This document shows positions 9,429-15,906 of a DNA stretch of 32,554 bases, piece by piece. The DNA is from Bacteroidales bacterium UBA4073 (GTDB lineage: Bacteria > Bacteroidota > Bacteroidia > Bacteroidales > Tenuifilaceae), in contig DFYV01000029.1 in NCBI GenBank assembly GCA_002383425.1, positions 1,423 to 33,976 on the forward strand, given 5' to 3'. Below the pieces are notes generated by a model. The model was given only the letters and a program-made list of their open reading frames with translations. It made no database searches and had not been told where the DNA came from. Within the stretch, counting starts at the first letter, position 1. Every line of letters begins with the position of its first letter. A program made the translations under genes and the position numbers.

Positions 9429-9518
9429 TATTAAATATACATTGGAGTTATCAATCGCTTGATAATGAATTACATGATAATTTCAAACCATTTGTAAATA
9501 TTTGATTTATAGAATAAT

Positions 9519-9684
9519 GAAATCAATCTAAAAACAAAATTTCATTAAAAAGTTAAGCTGTTTTAGTAAAGAATGCCAGAAATGCAAAGTGTTTAATTTC
9601 AATGATTTATAAATTTACTTTATACCTAACGTTTAACGTTTAACGTTTAACATTTAACGCATATGAACTTTTTAGGCTGCTCCC
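9519..9684. mobile_element. Degenerate MITE-family copy with a heptamer array
   Basis: Left GAAATCAATCTAAAAACAAAATTTCATTA resembles the 11189 left end. Right end is (TAACGTT)n followed by TGAACTTTTTAGGCTGCTCCC. No clean target duplication. Confidence 0.6.
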
Positions 9685-9742
9685 GTTATTATTTTTAAGT
9701 TTTCAACTTCGACGCTGGTTTTGTGATTTGCTATCTTATTGA

Positions 9743-9750
9743 TATTTTTG
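9743..9750 (+). promoter_or_regulatory. Putative -7 promoter element for tRNA-Thr
   Basis: TATTTTTG 13 bp upstream of the tRNA, with TTTG further upstream near 9720. Confidence 0.55.
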
Positions 9751-9763
9751 CAGGGATTTTGTT

Positions 9764-9840
9764 GCCTCTTTAGCTCAGCTGGTTAGAGCGGCGGTTTCGT
9801 AAACCGCAGGTCGCGGGTTCAAATCCCGTGAGAGGCTCCA
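9764..9840 (+). tRNA. tRNA-Thr (anticodon CGT)
   Basis: Acceptor GCCTCTT/GAGAGGC, D arm TAGCTCAGCTGGTTAGAGC, anticodon arm GCGGT-TTCGTAA-ACCGC, T loop GGTTCAAATCC, encoded CCA. Confidence 0.96.
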
Positions 9841-9867
9841 AAGGGATAGGATAGCCTGTCCTTTTTT
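9841..9867 (+). terminator. Intrinsic terminator after tRNA-Thr
   Basis: AAGGGATAGG-ATAG-CCTGTCCTT hairpin followed by a T run. Confidence 0.7.
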
Positions 9868-9883
9868 ACATTATTTAAGCATA

Positions 9884-11128
9884 ATGAAAGCAGCAGTACT
9901 AACCATAGGCGATGAGCTACTAATTGGTCAGATCGTTGATACCAATTCGGTCTGGATAGCCGACAAGCTCACCAATCTTGGCTTTGATGTAATAAAAATC
10001 CTTAGCATTTCCGATAGTCCCGATGCCATTGCTGCTGCCGTAAACGAACTTATGACTCAAGCCAACCTGGTTGTATCAACCGGAGGTTTAGGACCCACAA
10101 GTGATGATAGAACCAAGGAAACCCTTTGTAAGCTGTTTGGTGGCGAACTACAAGTTCACCCTCCATCGCTCTCATTAATAGAGCAGCTTTTTCAGAAACG
10201 AGGCTTACATCTTACCGAAACCAACAGAAATCAAGCGTTCATTCCTTCTTCGTGTATCCCTGTGCTTAACCATCATGGAACAGCCCCAGGTATGATATTT
10301 AGAAAAGAGAATGCTTACCTGGTATCGCTTCCGGGAGTCCCCTTTGAGATGAAAGACATGTTTACCCAAGAGGTTGAACCTTTCCTTAAGCAAAATTTTA
10401 TTCTTCCATCCATTACCAGGATTACCGTAAACACATTCGGAATACCTGAATCGTTTCTTTTCGATAGGCTAAGAAGTTTCGAGCAATTTTTGAATTTTAG
10501 CGGCATCGCCTTAGCTTACCTTCCAGGTCCTTCAGGGATTAAGTTGCGTTTAACTGCCAGGGGTGACAATTTGATAAAAAATAACACTTTGCTCGATAAT
10601 GCTATCGAGGAGCTAAAAAAGGTAATAGGGGAGTACATTTATGGTTTCAACGATGAATCGCTTCCCGTTGTGCTTTCCAACAGGTTAAGAGAAAAACAAG
10701 CAACCTTAGCTTTAGCTGAGAGCTGTACTGGAGGGTATCTTTCGCATTTAATAACTCAGCTGGCAGGTAGTTCCGAAATATATAAAGGGGGAGTGGTTGC
10801 ATACTCAAACGAGGTTAAGCAAAATTTACTTGGTGTTAACCCTGAGCTGCTGAGCATTTATGGTGCCGTAAGCCAACAAGTGGTTGAAGCCATGCTTGAT
10901 GGAGTATTCAAAATTTTCAATACCGAATATGCCATAGCCGTTTCAGGTATTGCTGGCCCTACGGGAGCAACCAACAACAAACCTGTTGGAACTACCTGGA
11001 TAGGCGTAGCATCTAAAGCCGAACGCCATGTTGAGCTTTATACTTTTGGTAATCTGCGGGAGATAAACATTCAACGCTCAGCCTATACTGCACTTTTTCA
11101 ACTTCTGAAATTGATAAGCCAATCTTAA
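9884..11128 (+). CDS. cinA: CinA-like protein (molybdopterin-binding-like domain + PncC NMN deamidase)
   Basis: IGDELLIGQIVDTNS, TGGLGPTSDD, GTAPG, LPGVPFEM, AESCTGG, SGIAGP. Confidence 0.94.
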   Translation: MKAAVLTIGDELLIGQIVDTNSVWIADKLTNLGFDVIKILSISDSPDAIAAAVNELMTQANLVVSTGGLGPTSDDRTKETLCKLFGGELQVHPPSLSLIEQLFQKRGLHLTETNRNQAFIPSSCIPVLNHHGTAPGMIFRKENAYLVSLPGVPFEMKDMFTQEVEPFLKQNFILPSITRITVNTFGIPESFLFDRLRSFEQFLNFSGIALAYLPGPSGIKLRLTARGDNLIKNNTLLDNAIEELKKVIGEYIYGFNDESLPVVLSNRLREKQATLALAESCTGGYLSHLITQLAGSSEIYKGGVVAYSNEVKQNLLGVNPELLSIYGAVSQQVVEAMLDGVFKIFNTEYAIAVSGIAGPTGATNNKPVGTTWIGVASKAERHVELYTFGNLREINIQRSAYTALFQLLKLISQS

Positions 11129-11305
11129 ATAAATGAATTTAATGTACAATCATATATGCCTATATATCAGAATATTAATATTATGAATGAGTTCAGTATA
11201 AAAACCAAATTTCATTAGAAATGATGTTTCTGGTAAAGGACAATAAAGTTAAAAGTGAAACACCCATGTGGTAAAAATAATGAAAATATAAACTGATGAA
11301 AAAGA

Positions 11306-11371
11306 AACCGCAAAGAACGCCAAGTTTTTACGCAAAGACCGCAAAGAAAAAACTCTGCGACCATTGCGGTT
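11306..11371. repeat. CGCAAAG-unit inverted-repeat module
   Basis: AACCGCAAAG...CGCCAAG...CGCAAAG..CGCAAAG followed by CTCTGCG..CATTGCGGTT. Confidence 0.65.
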
Positions 11372-11420
11372 AAAAAAAATAAAATATGAAAATTAACTTG
11401 TATAAATTTAAACAGATGAA

Positions 11421-11478
11421 AGGTTTAAAGTTCAAGGTTCGAGATTCAAAGGTTAAAGGATAAAGGTTAAAGGATAAG
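11421..11478. repeat. Degenerate heptamer tandem array (AAGGTTC / AAAGGTT / AAAGGAT)
   Basis: aggtttaaagttcaaggttcgagattcaaaggttaaaggataaaggttaaaggataagg. Confidence 0.65.
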
Positions 11479-11519
11479 GCGAAGACATATTAAACCCCAG
11501 TTTCACGTACAACGAACAA

Positions 11520-11578
11520 CTCTTATATAACTTCCAGTTATTTTTCTTGGAGCTATATTACTCGATAATAAGGGACTA
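11520..11578 (+). repeat. Conserved ~58-bp module R, copy 1
   Basis: CTCTTATATAACTTCCAGTTATTTTTCTTGGAGCTATATTACTCGATAATAAGGGACTA; matches 11977-12036 and the reverse complement of 32516-32554. Confidence 0.85.
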
Positions 11579-11660
11579 AATTCCTTAAGGCTGACTGAGG
11601 TGAAGACGTTAGACGTTCAATTTGCATTCTGCATTTCCATTGTCCCTAACATTCCACTAA

Positions 11661-11980
11661 CTCCCTCTACCTTCCTTTAACTTCCTCTATCTTCCTTTAT
11701 TTTCCTCTATCTTCCTTTACCTTCCTCTATCTTCCTTTACCTTCCTTTATCTTCCTTTAACTTCCTCTACCTTCCTCTATCTTCCTTTATCTTTCTCTAT
11801 CTTCCTCTACCTTCCTTTATTTTCCTCTATCTTCCTCTACCTTCCTCTACCTTCCTCTATCTTCCTCTACCTTCCTTTATTTTCCTCTATCTTCCTCTAC
11901 CTTCCTTTATCTTCCTCTATCTTCCTATACCTTCCTTTACCTTCCTCTATCTTCCTTTACCTTCCTTTACCTTCCTCTCT
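11661..11980. repeat. 10-bp tandem minisatellite, 32 units, consensus CTTCCT(C/T)TA(C/T)
   Basis: Directly visible, in exact 10-bp register, with no G on the + strand. Confidence 0.97.
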
Positions 11981-12036
11981 TATATTAACTTCCAGTTATT
12001 TTTTTGAGGGCTATATTACCCTATAATGAGGGACTA
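11977..12036 (+). repeat. Conserved ~58-bp module R, copy 2
   Basis: CTCTTATATTAACTTCCAGTTATTTTTTTGAGGGCTATATTACCCTATAATGAGGGACTA. Confidence 0.85.
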
Positions 12037-12056
12037 TCAACAATCAGCTATTTTTC

Positions 12057-12130
12057 CGAACAACGAACAACATCTAACGCCTTACACCTTACGTCTAACG
12101 TTTAACGTCTAACGTTTAACGTCTAACGCC
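12057..12130. repeat. Heptamer tandem array (GAACAAC then TAACGT[C/T])
   Basis: cgaacaacgaacaacatctaacgcc...cgtctaacgtttaacgtctaacgtttaacgtctaacgcc, next to the right terminal repeat. Confidence 0.8.
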
Positions 12131-12294
12131 TTTGAACTTTTTAGACTTGGCTCATGAATAATATTATCAATAACGAGGTGCCAACTAAATAATGCTAATG
12201 GTCAGTATTTTTTTACCAAAATATTTGAATATTTCATAAATAATGACTTAATTTGCGTCCTGTTTTGAAAAAGTAAAAAGTAAAATATACAGCG

Positions 12295-12528
12295 ATGTCA
12301 AGAGTTTGTCAGTTAACCGGAAAAAAAGCAATGGTGGGGAATAACGTTTCGCACTCAAAGAGGAGGACCAAACGCAGGTTCCAGCCTAACCTTAAAACCA
12401 AAAGGTTATTTCTTGAAAGTGAAAACCGTTGGGTAACCCTTAAGCTTAGCACTTCAGCTATGAGAACCATCGATAAAGTTGGTTTTGAAAATGCTTTGAA
12501 GAAATTTGCAAGGAAAGGTCAGATTTAA
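12295..12528 (+). CDS. rpmB: 50S ribosomal protein L28
   Basis: [30 protein letters not shown]. Confidence 0.97.
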   Translation: MSRVCQLTGKKAMVGNNVSHSKRRTKRRFQPNLKTKRLFLESENRWVTLKLSTSAMRTIDKVGFENALKKFARKGQI

Positions 12529-12547
12529 TCTTCTAAAAAGTACAGCA

Positions 12548-12730
12548 ATGGCAAAGAAAGGTAATAGAGTTCAGGTAATTCTGGAATGTACCGAACATAA
12601 GGATAGTGGTATGCCTGGTACTTCGAGGTATATTACCACCAAGAACAAGAAGAATACGCCTGATAGGCTTGAGCGTCGTAAGTATAATCCGATTCTCAGG
12701 AAGGTAACGCTTCATCGTGAAATTAAATAA
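12548..12730 (+). CDS. rpmG: 50S ribosomal protein L33
   Basis: [18 protein letters not shown]...[23 protein letters not shown]; true ATG at 12548. Confidence 0.97.
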   Translation: MAKKGNRVQVILECTEHKDSGMPGTSRYITTKNKKNTPDRLERRKYNPILRKVTLHREIK

Positions 12731-12742
12731 CCTTATTTAGAT

Positions 12743-12895
12743 ATGGCAAAGAAAGTAGTTGCTTCGCTTCAAAAAACCACGAAAGATCGTGTGAAGTGTA
12801 TAAAAATGGTACGTTCATCAAAAACAGGTGCGTACACTTTCAAGGAAGAAACCATGGATAAATCCGATTCGGCTCAGTTCTTCAAACAGAAGTAG
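12743..12895 (+). CDS. DUF4295 small protein (Bacteroidia ribosomal protein bL38), 50 aa, absent from the ORF track
   Basis: Hand translation MAKKVVASLQKTTKDRVKCIKMVRSSKTGAYTFKEETMDKSDSAQFFKQK; conserved position after rpmB-rpmG. Confidence 0.88.
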   Translation: MAKKVVASLQKTTKDRVKCIKMVRSSKTGAYTFKEETMDKSDSAQFFKQK

Positions 12896-12920
12896 TTTTC
12901 TGCATAGTATCTCAAACTTA

Positions 12921-12953
12921 TAAAAGCTTTTCGGTTTAAACGGAAAGCTTTTA
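12921..12953 (+). terminator. Putative terminator after the ribosomal protein operon
   Basis: TAAAAGCTTTTCG-GTTTAAA-CGGAAAGCTTTTA hairpin. Confidence 0.7.
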
Positions 12954-12986
12954 TTGCTATTTTAGCGTCTGAAAATATAGTTAGAT

Positions 12987-13955
12987 ATGGGTATTCGTAA
13001 TTTTTTTGGTTCCGATAGCAGGGATGAATCTAACCTTAACTCACTTGAACAGGGCTTGGCCAAAACAAAGGAAAGTCTTTTAAAAAGGATTTCAAGGGCT
13101 ATAGCCGGTAAAACTAAGGTTGACGACGAGGTGTTGGATGACCTGGAAGAGAGTTTAATTGCTGCCGATGTGGGCGTTGAAACTACATTGCGCATCATTG
13201 AGCGTATCCAGAAAAGAGCTTCCACCGAAAAATACTTGAACACATCGGAATTAAATAGTATCCTGAAAACCGAAATCCTTTCACTGCTTGCCGAAAATAC
13301 ATTTGGCAACACCAAAACCCAGCAAAATCTTCCCAAACCATACGTTATTATGGTAGTTGGGGTAAACGGGGTGGGAAAAACTACCACGATTGGTAAGCTG
13401 GCTTTCATGTTCAAAAACCAGGGGAAAAATGTGATACTGGGTGCAGCCGATACATTTAGAGCGGCTGCTGTTGAACAGCTTACAATTTGGGCTAATAGGG
13501 TAGATGTTCCTATTGTTAAGCAGCAAATGGGTGCCGACCCCGCTGCGGTTGCTTTCGACACCGTCAATTCCGCCATATCGAACGACGCTGATGTTGTAAT
13601 TATCGATACTGCCGGACGTTTACATAACAAGGTGAACTTGATGAACGAGCTTTCCAAAATCCGTAGGGTAATGCAAAAGGTTATTCCCAATGCCCCCCAC
13701 GAGGTTTTACTTGTGCTCGACGGTTCAACAGGCCAAAATGCCTTTGCCCAGGCACGCGAGTTCACCTCTGCCACCGATGTTTCAGCCATTGCTCTCACAA
13801 AGCTCGATGGGACTGCCAAAGGTGGGGTAGTACTTGGTATTTCCGATCAGTTTAAAATCCCGGTAAAGTATATCGGGGTGGGTGAAAAAATGACCGATTT
13901 ACAAATTTTCGATCGTGTAGCCTTTGTTGAATCACTTTTCAGTATAAATGACTAA
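12987..13955 (+). CDS. ftsY: Signal recognition particle receptor FtsY (short NG form)
   Basis: GVNGVGKTTT, DTFRAAA, DTAGRL, TKLDGTAKGG. Confidence 0.97.
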   Translation: MGIRNFFGSDSRDESNLNSLEQGLAKTKESLLKRISRAIAGKTKVDDEVLDDLEESLIAADVGVETTLRIIERIQKRASTEKYLNTSELNSILKTEILSLLAENTFGNTKTQQNLPKPYVIMVVGVNGVGKTTTIGKLAFMFKNQGKNVILGAADTFRAAAVEQLTIWANRVDVPIVKQQMGADPAAVAFDTVNSAISNDADVVIIDTAGRLHNKVNLMNELSKIRRVMQKVIPNAPHEVLLVLDGSTGQNAFAQAREFTSATDVSAIALTKLDGTAKGGVVLGISDQFKIPVKYIGVGEKMTDLQIFDRVAFVESLFSIND

Positions 13956-15243
13956 AAAGATCAATGTGATTACTTTGGGGTGTTCAAAAAATATAGTTGA
14001 CTCCGAAGTACTTATGCATCAGTTAAATAGAGGGGGTTGGGAAATTGTTCACAACTCAAACGACCCAACAGCTAAGGTTGTAGTAATTAATACCTGCGGT
14101 TTTATTGGCGATGCCAAGGAGGAATCAATCGAAACCATTCTTAGCTTTGTTGATGCCAAGAGCAAAGGGGTTATTGACAGGATTTTCGTTATGGGATGTC
14201 TTTCGCAGCGTTACCGTAATGAGCTCGAAACAGAAATTCCCGAGGTTGATGGCTTTTTTGGTGTGTACGATTTGCCCAAAATATTAGATACACTTAACGT
14301 TAAACTTACTGAACCTGAATTAAATGAGCGTTGGCTTTCAACGCCAAATCATTACGCATACCTGAAAATCTCCGAAGGATGCAACTGGGGATGTTCCTAC
14401 TGTGCCATTCCTTTAATTAAGGGGAAACATGTTTCCCGAAGCATGGAATCATTGCTTGAGGAAGCAAAAGCTCTTGCAGGAAAAGGTGTAAAAGAGCTAA
14501 TAGTTATTGCACAGGATACTACCTACTACGGCATCGACCTTTACGGTGAACGAAAAATTGCTGAGCTACTTAATAATCTTAGCCAAATAGACGGTATTGA
14601 GTGGATCAGGCTTCAGTACGCATACCCGTTTGGCTTTCCCGATGATCTTACAGCCGAAATCAAAGCTAACCCCAAAATTTGCAAGTACATTGATATTCCT
14701 TTACAGCACATTAATAATCAGGTACTTAAAATGATGCATAGGGGTATCAACAGAGAACAAACCATAGAATTTATCAACAAGATTAGAAGCAACATTCCAG
14801 AGCTGGCAATTCGTACAACCTTTATGGTGGGTCATCCGGGTGAAACCAGCGAAGCTTTTGATGAGCTTGTTTCGTTTATAAGGGATTTCCGATTCGACAG
14901 GGTAGGGATATTTGAGTATTCCGAGGAAGAAGGTACTTATGCAGCTAAAAATTACCCCGACTCCGTACCTGCTGAAGAGAAAACCCGTAGGGCTGAAATG
15001 TTAATGGAGGTACAGCAAATGGTTTCATTTGAGCTAAACCAGCAAAAGATTGGACGTACTTTCAAAGTTATTATTGATGGTATAGAAGGGGATTATGCTG
15101 TTTGCCGAACCGAATTTGACTCTCCTGAGGTTGATCAAGAGGTTCTGGTAAAACTTGATGGTCGAAGTCAAAAGCCTGGAGAATTCTATATGGTACGAAT
15201 TACTGGGGCTCAGGATTACGATTTAATAGGTGAATTTATATAA
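13948..15243 (+). CDS. rimO: Ribosomal protein S12 methylthiotransferase
   Basis: LGCSKNIVDSE, NTCGFI, radical SAM CNWGCSYC, C-terminal DSPEVD/TRAM. Confidence 0.96.
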   Translation: MTKKINVITLGCSKNIVDSEVLMHQLNRGGWEIVHNSNDPTAKVVVINTCGFIGDAKEESIETILSFVDAKSKGVIDRIFVMGCLSQRYRNELETEIPEVDGFFGVYDLPKILDTLNVKLTEPELNERWLSTPNHYAYLKISEGCNWGCSYCAIPLIKGKHVSRSMESLLEEAKALAGKGVKELIVIAQDTTYYGIDLYGERKIAELLNNLSQIDGIEWIRLQYAYPFGFPDDLTAEIKANPKICKYIDIPLQHINNQVLKMMHRGINREQTIEFINKIRSNIPELAIRTTFMVGHPGETSEAFDELVSFIRDFRFDRVGIFEYSEEEGTYAAKNYPDSVPAEEKTRRAEMLMEVQQMVSFELNQQKIGRTFKVIIDGIEGDYAVCRTEFDSPEVDQEVLVKLDGRSQKPGEFYMVRITGAQDYDLIGEFI

Positions 15244-15267
15244 AAAAAGCCGTAAATAACGGCCTTT
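15242..15267. terminator. Putative bidirectional terminator
   Basis: A run, then GCCGT-AAATA-ACGGC, then CTTT, between convergent rimO and tpx. Confidence 0.55.
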
Positions 15268-15294
15268 ATTACTATGAATATGATAATCCTCTTG

Positions 15295-15798
15295 TTAAAC
15301 CAATTCATTTAATGCTTTAATTGCCTCATCATAGTTAGGCTCCTGGCCAATTTCGGGCACATATTCAACATAACGGATTACATCATTCCTATCAATAACA
15401 ATAACCCCACGAGCCAATAGCCTGAGCTCCTTTATCAGGAATCCATAGTTTGTTCCAAATTCCAGGTCACGATGGTCCGATAGTGTTACTAAATTATCAA
15501 TCCCCTCAGCGCCGCAAAACCGCTTCAAGGCAAATGGTAAATCGTTCGATATAGCAATAAATGCAACATTACTGCCAAACTCCGATGCCAACTTGTTGAA
15601 TTTATGGTTCTGAACGGAACATACGCTGGTATCAATGGATGGAAAAATCGATATCAGTTTTATTTTCCCCTTAAAATCGCTCAGTTTAACAGGCTTTAGG
15701 GAGTTATCAATTGCTGTAAATTCTAAGGCTTTATCGCCTGGTTTAACCTGCTCACCTATAAGCGTTATGGGATTACCGCCAAAAGTTATTGTTTTCAT
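15295..15798 (-). CDS. tpx: Thiol peroxidase (atypical 2-Cys peroxiredoxin)
   Basis: FPSIDTSVC, ISNDLPFALKRFC, LLARGVIVID, EPNY. Confidence 0.95.
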   Translation of the reverse strand: MKTITFGGNPITLIGEQVKPGDKALEFTAIDNSLKPVKLSDFKGKIKLISIFPSIDTSVCSVQNHKFNKLASEFGSNVAFIAISNDLPFALKRFCGAEGIDNLVTLSDHRDLEFGTNYGFLIKELRLLARGVIVIDRNDVIRYVEYVPEIGQEPNYDEAIKALNELV

Positions 15799-15856
15799 AT
15801 TTTACTATTTATTTAGTTTGTTACTACTAAAACAGTTTTGGCAAGATAATGTTCAT

Positions 15857-15886
15857 AAAAAAAATGACGCATTGCCGTGCGTCATT
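15857..15886 (-). terminator. Intrinsic terminator after clpC
   Basis: AATGACGCA-TTGCCG-TGCGTCATT hairpin with a T run on the minus strand. Confidence 0.75.
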
Positions 15887-15906
15887 CTCATTGAAGTAGG
15901 TTAAAG

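Larger units (their letters stand above)
11189..12153. mobile_element. Composite MITE-family element (965 bp) carrying several tandem arrays and internal repeats
   Basis: Ends GAGTTCAGTATAAAAAC / CTTTTTAGACTTGGCTC, flanked by ATGAAT at 11183-11188 and 12154-12159. No ORF of 60 aa or more inside. Confidence 0.8.

Noticed and set aside
9764-9884. tRNA-Thr or tRNA-Ser as an integration site for a prophage or island
   Set aside because: No integrase and no duplicated tRNA 3' end seen; housekeeping genes follow directly.
11661-11980. 10-mer array as a repeat-protein coding sequence
   Set aside because: No G on the + strand, so no start codon within it. TAA occurs in all three + frames (11658, 11678, 11758), and the minus strand has recurring stops.
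11520-12036. Module R copies or the 10-mer array as a CRISPR array
   Set aside because: Only two local R copies about 400 bp apart, no unique regularly sized spacers, and no cas genes.
12962-13819. 285-aa minus-strand ORF
   Set aside because: Antisense shadow of ftsY with no recognisable motifs.
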